From NCBI GenBank assembly GCA_943787175.1, contig CALSLK010000031.1, positions 5,120-69,119 of the forward strand: DNA of 64,000 bases. The letters run 5' to 3'. The position numbers and the translations under genes were made by a program. This stretch comes from an uncultured Alphaproteobacteria bacterium (GTDB lineage: Bacteria; Pseudomonadota; Alphaproteobacteria; SP197). The notes below the pieces were generated by a model, which had not been told where the DNA came from, made no database searches, and saw only the letters and a list, made by a program, of their open reading frames with translations. Below are positions 19,376 to 28,709 of this stretch, piece by piece. The first letter of the stretch is position 1; the number at the start of each line of letters is the position of its first letter.

Positions 19376-20602
19376 ATGCAGGCAAACACTGATGCTGTGT
19401 CTGTTAAGGAACTTGTGGCCCGGCAGAAGCCCGGATTCACGCTGGATCAACGGTTTTATCGCGATCCCGAGATCTTTCGGAAGGACCTGGAAAAGGTCGT
19501 CGGCAAGTCGTGGCTTTACGTCGACCACACCAGCGAAATCCCCAACAAGGGTGATTTCCTGCTTTATCAGATTGGCGAAGAATCCATCATCGTCGTACGC
19601 GGTCGCGATGGCGAGGTTCGGGCGTTCTTCAACGTCTGCCGTCATCGCGGCAGCCATATCTGCCTTAAAGATCAGGGCAATGTGCGCACGCTTACCTGTC
19701 CCTATCACGCCTGGATCTATGATCTTGAAGGCCGGTTGATCGCAGCGCGCGGCATGCCCGAGGATTTCGACAAATCGGAGTTTCCGCTCCATTCCTGCCA
19801 GGCCCGCGTTGCCCACGGTCTCATTTTCATCTGCCTGGCGCGTCCGGGCGATCCCGATGTAGCGGACTTTGATCCCATTGCTTCCGATATCGACCAGCTC
19901 ACCGCTCTGCATCGCATCGAAGATACGAAGATCGTGCATCGCGAGGTTTACCCAACGCCTGCAAACTGGAAGCTCGTCGTCGACAACTTCCGTGAGTGTT
20001 ACCACTGCACGCCGGCGCATCCTGAATACACGATGGTCAATGCCTACGTGAAAGCCCACGATCGCGACTTGGGATCCTATGATCCCGTCGTCAAGGAATG
20101 GGAGGGCAAGACCATCGCCCTTGGCCATCCCGTCGGTCAGAACGGCGGCAATGAAGGTGATCCCCGCCAGCCCGGTGGATACTGGCGCCAGCCGATCCGC
20201 GAGGGGTTCGTGACATTGTCGGAAGACGGCAAACCGGTCGCACCTCTCCTGGGCGATCTCCAACACTGGGATGGTGGCGAAACGGCCTTTACCTTCGGGG
20301 CGCTCTCCTATGCCTATCTCTGTGCCGATCACCTCTGCATGTTCCGCTTCACGCCGGTCAGCCCAGAGCATTCCGATGTCGTCGTGACCTGGCATGTCCG
20401 GTCCGATGCTCAGGAAGGACGGGACTATGATCTCGAGCGTCTGAAATGGCTGTGGGATGTCACGACTGTCGAAGACACCAAGATCATCATCGACAACCAG
20501 AAGGGCGTGAACTCCAGCCGCTATGAACCCGGCCCCTATGCGCCCCTGGAGGCGTATTCCCACGATTTCACGCGCTGGTACCTGGAGCGGCTCGCCGGTT
20601 AA
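19376..20602 (+). CDS. Rieske non-heme iron oxygenase alpha subunit (GbcA/Stc2-like), copy 1
   Basis: NVCRHRG...CPYHAW Rieske motif; NWK...NFRECYHC..AH mononuclear iron motif. GGAGG RBS. Confidence 0.92.
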   Translation: MQANTDAVSVKELVARQKPGFTLDQRFYRDPEIFRKDLEKVVGKSWLYVDHTSEIPNKGDFLLYQIGEESIIVVRGRDGEVRAFFNVCRHRGSHICLKDQGNVRTLTCPYHAWIYDLEGRLIAARGMPEDFDKSEFPLHSCQARVAHGLIFICLARPGDPDVADFDPIASDIDQLTALHRIEDTKIVHREVYPTPANWKLVVDNFRECYHCTPAHPEYTMVNAYVKAHDRDLGSYDPVVKEWEGKTIALGHPVGQNGGNEGDPRQPGGYWRQPIREGFVTLSEDGKPVAPLLGDLQHWDGGETAFTFGALSYAYLCADHLCMFRFTPVSPEHSDVVVTWHVRSDAQEGRDYDLERLKWLWDVTTVEDTKIIIDNQKGVNSSRYEPGPYAPLEAYSHDFTRWYLERLAG

Positions 20603-20678
20603 GGCATCAACTGTCATGGGTATTGACGAATCGTGTGTGTCAGCGTGAGAGTTACGCTGGCTAACCCGGGGTAAGGTC

Positions 20679-21938
20679 ATGGCGCATGATGCTGATGTGA
20701 CGTTCGAAGAACTGGTGGCTCGCCAGAAGCCTGGCATGTCGCTGGAACAACCGTTCTATACCGACCCTGCGATCTTCGAGCGCGAGATGGCGGACGTGTT
20801 GCCGGGCCAGTGGCTTTACGTCGAACACACCACGACGATTCCCAAAAAGGGCGATTATGTCCTCTATGACATTGCCGGTGAGTCGATCATCGTCGTGCGC
20901 GGGCGCGATGGCGAAATCCGCGCGTTCTACAACGTGTGTCGTCATCGCGGCAGCCGCGTCTGTCTGGCACCACAGGGCAATGTGCGCACACTGACCTGCC
21001 CCTACCACGCCTGGGTCTATGATCTCGAAGGCAAGCTCATCCATGCCGCACTTATGGCCGATGACTTCGATCCCGGTGACTGGCCGCTGCATGACTGCAG
21101 GGTGCGTGTGTGGGAAGGCATGATCTTCATCAACCTTGGTGATGATGACGGGCCGGTGGCCGATTTTGACGAAATCACCGCAGCCTTCGAGCGTTATGCC
21201 AAACCCTATCGCCTGGCTGATACCAGGATCATCCATCAGGAGACCTATCCCACGGACGCGAACTGGAAGCTCGCGGTCGAGAACTTCCGCGAGTGTTACC
21301 ACTGTTCGCCGGCACATCCCGAATACACCACGGTCAATGCCTATGTGAACGACGGCGATCGCGATCCCGAAACCCGCGCGAAGCTGGTCGAAGACTGGGT
21401 CACAGAGTGGGAAAGCAAGGGCGTTGCTGCCTGTGACCTGCGGAATTGGGGCGACCTGCTCGACGCCATTCAACCCTATGGCGCGTTCCGACAGCCGATC
21501 CGCGAGGGTTCATGGACCCTGTCGCAGGATGGCCAGCCCGTGGCGCCGCTCATGGGTGATCTCAAGGAATGGGACAAGGGTGAAACCCTGCTCATTGTCG
21601 GGCCGCTCTTCTACATCTACCTGGCCAACGATCATGCCGCGCTGTTCCGGTTCACCCCGGTCCGTGAGGACCATTGCGAAGTCGTCGTGACCTGGCTGGT
21701 GCGGGACGATGCAGAGGAAGGGCGCGATTACGACACCGACAAGGTGATCTGGATGTGGGACGTCACCACCATCGAAGACACCAAGATCATCAACGACAAC
21801 CAGCTCGGCGTGAACTCCCGGCGCTATATGCCGGGCCGTTATTCCGAACGCGAATACGGCACGCGCAACTTCATTGCCTGGTATCTCAATCGCATGGGTG
21901 CCCAGGGTGTTGTCAGCCCCGTGGTGGGCCAGCCCTGA
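20679..21938 (+). CDS. Rieske non-heme iron oxygenase alpha subunit (GbcA/Stc2-like), copy 2
   Basis: Same motifs; long segments identical to copy 1 (ESIIVVRGRDGE, QGNVRTLTCPYHAW, WDVTT.EDTKII). Confidence 0.92.
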   Translation: MAHDADVTFEELVARQKPGMSLEQPFYTDPAIFEREMADVLPGQWLYVEHTTTIPKKGDYVLYDIAGESIIVVRGRDGEIRAFYNVCRHRGSRVCLAPQGNVRTLTCPYHAWVYDLEGKLIHAALMADDFDPGDWPLHDCRVRVWEGMIFINLGDDDGPVADFDEITAAFERYAKPYRLADTRIIHQETYPTDANWKLAVENFRECYHCSPAHPEYTTVNAYVNDGDRDPETRAKLVEDWVTEWESKGVAACDLRNWGDLLDAIQPYGAFRQPIREGSWTLSQDGQPVAPLMGDLKEWDKGETLLIVGPLFYIYLANDHAALFRFTPVREDHCEVVVTWLVRDDAEEGRDYDTDKVIWMWDVTTIEDTKIINDNQLGVNSRRYMPGRYSEREYGTRNFIAWYLNRMGAQGVVSPVVGQP

Positions 21939-22001
21939 AAATGCAAAGCGGCCGGCGTGAGGGCGCCGACCGCTGCAATCAAACGACTGGACTGGTGTGG
22001 C

Positions 22002-22215
22002 TTACGCCGCCAGCTGCAGATCGCTGATCTCGAAATCACAGATGCAGACCATCAGGTCATTCATGTCGTCGGCAACGATCGTGTCGTCGCCGCGTCCTGG
22101 CGGCAAGCTGGTCAACATCGGCGCTGGCCTGCTTTGCAGCAACCGCGTCGGCGAAGAGAACCACGGTGTCGCGGTCCTGGCTGTCGATGATGATGTCGGT
22201 GGTGTTCTTGGTCAT
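22002..22215 (-). CDS. Small acidic hypothetical protein (~70 aa) with an apparent frameshift
   Basis: GGGGGA RBS, then MTKNTTDIIIDSQDRDTVVLFADAVAAKQASADVDQLAA. A shift near 22097 continues with host-like codons as (G)RGDDTIVADDMNDLMVCICDFEISDLQLAA-TAA (stop at 22002-22004). Confidence 0.5.
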
Positions 22216-22444
22216 GGTCATTCCCCCCAGAATGATGATGGGCGTTTCGCCCGCTGTCTGGGGATCATGTAGGAACAACCCCGAATCCGGCAAGACCGGC
22301 TACCGGCCATCTGTGCGTCCGGTCACACCGGGTTCGCCGTCTCAACAGACAAGTGTGTGCTTCATCACATGATTTGGCCCGATAGAGCCCCCTTGCGCTG
22401 CCCGGCCGTTTGCCGCCACCATGCCCCGCATTGGAGGCGTGGAC

Positions 22445-23620
22445 ATGAAAACACTCGATAATCTGCTCGACGATCTGGCCCAGTACGTCACGACACCCGA
22501 CGATGCTTCCTGGTCGCTTCCGCGTGACGCTTACCTGTCGCCGGATCTTCATGATCTGGAGGTTCGCGAGATCTTCGAGAAGTCCTGGCTTTGCGTCGGG
22601 CGTGAAGAGTACATCGCCAAACCTGGCGATTACTTCACCATCGACCTGATGGACGAGCCGGTGGTCATCGTGCACGGCACCGATGGCGTGATCCGTGCGC
22701 TCAACAGCGCCTGCCGCCATCGCTACATGCCGGTGGTCGCGGGCAAGGGCAATGCCAAACGGTTTGTCTGCCCCTACCACACCTGGACCTATGCCACCGA
22801 TGGACGCCTGATCGGCGCGCCCCATATGGAAGGCAGCAAGGTGTTCGACAAGGCCGCCTGCAGCCTGCCGCAGTACCGCCTGGAAAGCTGGCAGGGATTT
22901 CTCTTCGTCAACCTGGATGACGATGCCGCCCCACTTCAGGTCACGATGGCGTCCATGGATAAGGCCGCAACGAACTACCGTGTCCATGAGCAGACCGAGG
23001 TCTTCCATTACGAGATGACATGGAACGGCAACTGGAAGCTCTCCGCCGAGAACTCCATGGAGTACTACCATCACATCGGCCTGCATTCCGGCACGGTCGG
23101 GGTCCAGATGCCGGCAAAGGGGGCCTACTTCCCCGACAGCACGCAAGCCGACGACACCTTCACCCACTCACGTTGCAGAGTGGGCGATGAGTTCCTGGGC
23201 GGAGCTGATCATCCGCTCAACCCGCGCGGCGACCTGACCGGCCTGACCCAGGAAGAGCTCGAAACCGGCTATCTCGTCTATGTCTTTCCTGCGTTCACCA
23301 TGGCGATGCGGGCAGGCACCAACAACTGGCTTGCCTTCCGCCCGGATGGCCCTGAGAAGACCACGGTGCTGGGCGGATACCTGATGTGGCGTGATTTGGT
23401 CGAAGAAGATCCAGAGGTCACCGCTGCGCGTGCCGAGCTGATCGAGAAGGTCAACACCGAGGATGCGCTGGCCACCACCGAACTGGCCCGGGTGATGCGC
23501 TCTCGCAAGGCGGGTCGTGGACCACTCGCGCCCTTCGAAAAGACCATCGCCCAGTTCTACAAGTACCTGGGCCGCACGCTTGCCGGCGACCGGATCACGA
23601 CGCGCCAGGCTGCTGAATAG
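22445..23620 (+). CDS. Rieske oxygenase alpha subunit, copy 3
   Basis: CRHRYMP...CPYHTW; NWKLSAENSMEYYHHIGLH. GGAGG RBS. Confidence 0.92.
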   Translation: MKTLDNLLDDLAQYVTTPDDASWSLPRDAYLSPDLHDLEVREIFEKSWLCVGREEYIAKPGDYFTIDLMDEPVVIVHGTDGVIRALNSACRHRYMPVVAGKGNAKRFVCPYHTWTYATDGRLIGAPHMEGSKVFDKAACSLPQYRLESWQGFLFVNLDDDAAPLQVTMASMDKAATNYRVHEQTEVFHYEMTWNGNWKLSAENSMEYYHHIGLHSGTVGVQMPAKGAYFPDSTQADDTFTHSRCRVGDEFLGGADHPLNPRGDLTGLTQEELETGYLVYVFPAFTMAMRAGTNNWLAFRPDGPEKTTVLGGYLMWRDLVEEDPEVTAARAELIEKVNTEDALATTELARVMRSRKAGRGPLAPFEKTIAQFYKYLGRTLAGDRITTRQAAE

Positions 23621-23623
23621 GAA

Positions 23624-24805
23624 ATGATCATGTCTGATGTTACCCAACGTCTGCTCGACACGCTGGCGACCTATCCCGCGACGCCCGATGCGGCGAGCCT
23701 CACCTTGCCGCCGCAGGCCTATACCGATCAGGGACTCTTTGAGCTGGAGGTCGAAACGATCTTCAAGCGCGAATGGCTGCTGGTCGGGCGTGCCAACGAC
23801 ATCCCCGATCCCGGTGACTGGTTCACCATGCAGGTGGTTGATGATCCCCTGCTGATCGTGCGTGGCAACGACGGCGTGATCCGTGCGCTCTCGAATGTCT
23901 GCCGCCACCGCTACATGCCTATCGCGCTGGACGAGAAGGGCTCGGACAAGCGATTTGTCTGCGCCTATCACGGCTGGGTTTATGGCACGGACGGAAGGCT
24001 GGTTGCCGCACCCCTGATGGAAGGTTCGCTGGCGTTCGACAAGAAGGACTGCGCCCTGCCGGAATACCGTCTCGAGATCTGGCAGGGCTTCATCTTCGTC
24101 AATCTCGACGATGACGCTCCGGCTCTTGCGCCTCAGCTTCACGAAGCCGATGCCATGCTGGGAAACTACAGAATTGATGAGTTGGTAACCGGCATTGCCT
24201 ATGACGCCATCTGGGAAGGCAACTGGAAACTCGCCACTGAAAACGGCATGGAATACTACCATCACATGGGCCTGCATGCCGCGACCCTGGAGGCAGAGCA
24301 GCCTGCACGCCTTGCCAGGATGGATCCCGCGCCAGCAAGCGCGCGCTTCGCCCATGCGCGCTGTGGTTATGCTGAAGGGATACAGGGCCAGGCGGAAGGC
24401 TTCGGCAACTGGCCGCGCCCCAACTGCAAGTTCAGTGATTCCGAACTCAACCATGTCTATGTCATGGGTCTGTTCCCCAACATGTCGCTGGCCATGTCGT
24501 CGGCGACCCATAACTGGCTTTCGTTTATCCCCCTGAGTCCAGGAAAGACCCGTGTGGTCGGTGGTTTCATTGTGGCACCGGAAATGGCGGCTGATGCCGA
24601 AGTGATGGCGACCAGCAACGATCTGGTTATGCGCATCAACGAAGAAGACGCCCAGGCCACCTGGCGCCTGCAGCAGGTGATGCGCTCGACCAAGGCCGCA
24701 CCCGGGCCGCTCAACGTGCGCGAAGGCACCTGTGCCCAGTTCTACAAGTACCTTGGCCGCACGCTTGCTGGGGACCGACTGCCCGGCCTTCAGGCAGCAG
24801 AATAG
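23624..24805 (+). CDS. Rieske oxygenase alpha subunit, copy 4
   Basis: CRHRYMP...CAYHGW; NWKLATENGMEYYHHMGLH. Confidence 0.92.
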   Translation: MIMSDVTQRLLDTLATYPATPDAASLTLPPQAYTDQGLFELEVETIFKREWLLVGRANDIPDPGDWFTMQVVDDPLLIVRGNDGVIRALSNVCRHRYMPIALDEKGSDKRFVCAYHGWVYGTDGRLVAAPLMEGSLAFDKKDCALPEYRLEIWQGFIFVNLDDDAPALAPQLHEADAMLGNYRIDELVTGIAYDAIWEGNWKLATENGMEYYHHMGLHAATLEAEQPARLARMDPAPASARFAHARCGYAEGIQGQAEGFGNWPRPNCKFSDSELNHVYVMGLFPNMSLAMSSATHNWLSFIPLSPGKTRVVGGFIVAPEMAADAEVMATSNDLVMRINEEDAQATWRLQQVMRSTKAAPGPLNVREGTCAQFYKYLGRTLAGDRLPGLQAAE

Positions 24806-24816
24806 GGAGAGTACCC

Positions 24817-25995
24817 ATGTCCGATATAACCGAGCAGCTGCTCGATACCCTGGCAACCTATCCCGGCACGCCGGATGCGGCCTGCATGACCCTGCCACCG
24901 CAGGCCTATACCGATCCCGGACTTTACGAGATCGAGGTCGAGACGATCTTCAAGCGCGAGTGGCTGTTGATCGGGCGCGCCAACGACATTCCCGATCCCG
25001 GCGATTGGTTCACCATGACCATCCTGGATGAGCCGATGCTGATTGTGCGGGGCGCCGACGGCGCGATCCGCGCGATGTCCAACATCTGCCGCCATCGCTA
25101 CATGCCGATCGCGCTGGAAGATCGCGGCAACGCCAAACGCTTTGTCTGCGCTTATCACGGATGGGTCTATGGCACCGATGGCCGGCTGGTCGCTGCACCC
25201 CTGATGGAAGGCTCTCTGGCCTTCGAGAAGAAGGGCTGTGCCCTGCCGGAGTACCGGCTAGAGGTCTGGCAGGGGTTCATCTTCGTCAATCTCGATGACG
25301 ACGCACCCGCGCTTGCGCCTCAGCTGCACGAAGCCGATGCCATGCTCGCGCATTACAGCAACGCCGACCATGTGACCGGGTTCTCCTATGACAAGATCTG
25401 GGAAGGCAACTGGAAGCTTGCCACCGAAAACGGCATGGAATTTTACCACCACATGGGCCTCCATGCCGCCACGCTGGAGGAGGCCATGCCTGCCAAGGGC
25501 GCCTGGGTTGAACCCGCGCCTGAAAGCGGCCGCTTTGCCCATACGCATTGCTCGTATTCTGCGCATGGCAGTTACAAGGAAGGCGCTATGGCGCGCTTCA
25601 TTCCCGGCGAGGACGTTTTTACCGAGCTGGAAAAGACATCCTCCTATGCCATTGGTCTCTTCCCGAACATCTCGCTTGCGATGTCGGTCGACTCCAACAA
25701 CTGGCTGTCGTTCATCCCACTGGGGCCGGACCGTACCCGCGTGATCGGTGGTTACATTGTCCAGCCGGGTTACGACGCGGCCCATCCCGAAGGGGCCGCC
25801 CAACGCAACCAGCTGCTTTATGACGTCAACGAAGAAGACGCCCAGGCCACCTGGCGCCTGCAGAAGGTCCTGCGCTCGACCAAGGCCGCACCCGGCCCGC
25901 TCAACGTGCGCGAAGGCACCTGCGCCCAGTTCTACAAATACCTTGGCCGCACCCTTGCCGGGGATCGGGTCCCCGGCCTTCAGGCTGCCGAGTAA
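24817..25995 (+). CDS. Rieske oxygenase alpha subunit, copy 5
   Basis: CRHRYMP...CAYHGW; ENGMEFYHHMGLH. Close paralog of copy 4. Confidence 0.92.
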   Translation: MSDITEQLLDTLATYPGTPDAACMTLPPQAYTDPGLYEIEVETIFKREWLLIGRANDIPDPGDWFTMTILDEPMLIVRGADGAIRAMSNICRHRYMPIALEDRGNAKRFVCAYHGWVYGTDGRLVAAPLMEGSLAFEKKGCALPEYRLEVWQGFIFVNLDDDAPALAPQLHEADAMLAHYSNADHVTGFSYDKIWEGNWKLATENGMEFYHHMGLHAATLEEAMPAKGAWVEPAPESGRFAHTHCSYSAHGSYKEGAMARFIPGEDVFTELEKTSSYAIGLFPNISLAMSVDSNNWLSFIPLGPDRTRVIGGYIVQPGYDAAHPEGAAQRNQLLYDVNEEDAQATWRLQKVLRSTKAAPGPLNVREGTCAQFYKYLGRTLAGDRVPGLQAAE

Positions 25996-26017
25996 CCCTG
26001 ACATCGGGAATCCGCCC

Positions 26018-27458
26018 ATGAACTTCGATGACTACGCCTCCCATGACGCCCTGGGCCTCGCCGACCTTGTGCGCAAGGGAGAAGTGAGTGCTGCCGAACT
26101 GGAGGAGACCGCCCGTCGGAGCATCGACACGGTGAACGGCACGATCAACGCTGTGGTCGGAGACGTGCCGTTGGCTGAGGGTCGTCAAGAGACATCGAGC
26201 GATGCTGTCTTTCATGGCGTGCCGTTTCTGCTGAAGGACCTCGCCCACGGCTATGCCGGCGTCCCCTGCGAGATGGGAAGCCGCATGGGCGCTGGTTACG
26301 TCAACAGCGCAGAGAGCGTCTATGGCGCCCGCTGCAAGGCAAGCGGCCTGATCGCTGTGGGTCGCACGAACACACCGGAGTTCGGCTTGTCGGGCTCGAC
26401 CGAACCGGTCGCCAACGGCCCCACGCTCAATCCCTGGGACCTCGGTGCGTCGGCCGGCGGCTCCAGTGGCGGCGCAGCAGCGGCCGTGTCGGCCGGAATC
26501 GTGCCCATTGCCCATGCCAGCGATGCCGGTGGCTCGATCCGTATTCCGGCAGGCTGGACCGGACTGGTCGGCCACAAGCCGACGCGCGGCCTGGTTTCCA
26601 AGGGCCCCCAGGCAAGCGACGCCACGGTGCCGCTTTCGGTCAATCTGGTGGTCACCCGCACCGTGCGCGACACGGCGGCCTTCATGGATGCCGTCACGGG
26701 CCCTGGCTCCCGGCGACTATGTCGCCGTGCCCAAACCGGCGCGCGGTTATCTCGAGGGCCTCAACGAGCCCGTTCCCGCAACTCCGCGTCGCCGTCTGCG
26801 ACGCCCTCCCGGGCGGCATGCACCGTCCGACCCGGAAGCCATCGCCGCCTCGCGCGCGGTGGCCGCCAGGCTCGAGGCCATGGGCCACCATGTCGAAGAG
26901 GCGACGCCTGATGTCGATGTGCAGGAAAGCCACCGGGCCTGCTACGACCTCTTCCTTTCGCGCGTGGTGAACTTCGTGAAAGGACTTGCTGTCGCGATGG
27001 GCCGGGAACCCGGGCCCGACACCCTCGAAGCCATGACCCTTGCCGCGATGGATGAGGCCCGCGCCATGACCATCGAACGCCTTTACGGCGCCCTTGCCAG
27101 GCTGGAGCATCTCTCGCTTGCCATGGACCGGTTCATGGAAGGTTACGACCTTCTGGTTATGCCCGGTGTCTCCAAGGCGCCTTATCCGATCGGTTTTGCC
27201 GACCCTCAGCGACCGGCGCCGTCCGGCCACGGCTACTGGGTCGAAGAGATGCCCTATTTCGCCATGAGCCCCATGTTCAACGTCTCGGGCCAGCCCGCAC
27301 TGGTCATTCCGCCCCTGGAACAGAACACGCAGGTGCCGCTCGGGCCCCAGCTGTCGGGCAGGAAGGGTTCTGACGCCCTGCTATTCCAGGTTGCCGCACA
27401 ACTGGAAGAAGAGGCTCGCTGGCAGGATCGCCGCCCACCGGTGCACGTGTCGGACTAG
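26018..27458 (+). CDS. Amidase, frameshifted (near 26710, probably more nearby)
   Basis: N-part GVPFLLKD, GGSSGG, HASDAGGSIRIP. C-part in another frame: YDLLVMPG, FNVSGQPAL, QLEE..W.DRRP. Confidence 0.82.
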
Positions 27459-28701
27459 TTATTACGATCACGGTCAAGTCGTTGGGGAAGTGGGTCAGAA
27501 AATCGACGCTGTTTTCGCCGAACTCCATGGTGTTGATCGTGAGCGATGAGCCCGCTTTCTGGGGCAGGTAAACATCGCTTTCCAGGTTGATCACCATGCC
27601 GGAATCCAGCGTCGCATCGCCGGGGTCGATGTCGGCGTCATAGGTGAAGGGACCGTCCCAGTCGGGCGGGATGGCGATGCCAAGTTCGTAGCCGCCGACC
27701 CAGCCGCGATCTTCCCAGAGGCCGTTCTCCTCATAGTAGGCCCGCGCCGGGGCGATCAGGTCGGCCACCCGCATGCCCGGCTTCAGGATGTCGGAGATAT
27801 GGCTGAACAGGCCTGATGATTTGCGGATCTGCTCGGCAACCTGCACATGGGGTTCGCCCATGGAGAAGGTCCGCGCCAGGTTCGTGTGATAGCAGCGATA
27901 GACCCCGCAGATATCGACCAACACGTTTTCGCCGGCCTGGATTTTCTTGTGTGATGGCGCAGCGTGGGGCGAGGCAGTCTTGATGCCCGAGGTCACCGGA
28001 AGCAGGATCGCGGCAGGTTCGCCGCCTGCCATGATCATGGCGTGGGTCATGGCGCCATGGATCTCCAGTTCCGTGGCGCCCACCATGAGCGCATCGCGCG
28101 CAGCAGCCATGCCGATATCGGCAATACGCCCGGCCTCGCGCAGGTATTCACGTTCCCTGGGCGATTTGATGCGGCGCACATCGCGCAGGATGTCGGTCGC
28201 GTCGACGACCGTTGCGCCTGCTGCAACCAGAGCAGCCTCGAATAACTCCGAGTGGCCGCGGTTGGGCCGGTAGCTGTAGATCTCCAGACCTGTCGTGCCC
28301 TTGAGCCAACCCTCGGCGGAAAGTTCGGCGGTGATGAAGTCGATCATGCTGACTTCGGGGTCACGCGGCACCCGAAGGTCATCGGAAACGCTCGTGAACT
28401 GGACCAGCGTTTCCTCGGCTTCGGACTCGAAGTGGATCGTGCGCCCGCTCTCGCGATGGATCGCGATGCCGCTGGTCGGCGGCCAGATCATCGGGCTCTG
28501 TGCCTGGTACCAGTTGGTCAGGAAACCGCTGACGTAATAGAGCCCTTCAGGCGCGGAAACGAACAGCAGATCGACACCGGCAACCTCCATCGCGGCCCGG
28601 ATGCGCTCCAGGCGCTCGGCATACTCCTCGCGGGAAAACGGGATTTCGGGTTCGGGGAGACAATGGCGGGTCATCATCTCCTTGTTGCTGATATCGGTCA
28701 T
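27459..28701 (-). CDS. M24-fold (creatinase/prolidase-like) hydrolase
   Basis: PFSREEY..RL, RRIKSPRE, VDICGVYRCYHTNLART, GYELGIAIPPDW. The true stop is probably the out-of-frame TAATAA at 27459-27464; the ORF track reads past it to 27304. Confidence 0.8.
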
Positions 28702-28709
28702 ATTGGTGT

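Noticed and set aside
23168-24898. Long antisense ORFs (e.g. 576 aa here, 544 aa at 52622-54256, 498 aa at 59456-60952, 340 aa at 62817-63839)
   Set aside because: They are shadow frames opposite well-supported genes, expected in high-GC DNA, and carry no recognisable motifs.
27304-27458. C-terminal extension of the 470-aa M24 ORF overlapping the convergent amidase
   Set aside because: The fold ends at ...NDLTVI and an out-of-frame TAATAA follows immediately. An indel is more likely than a real 155-nt overlap.
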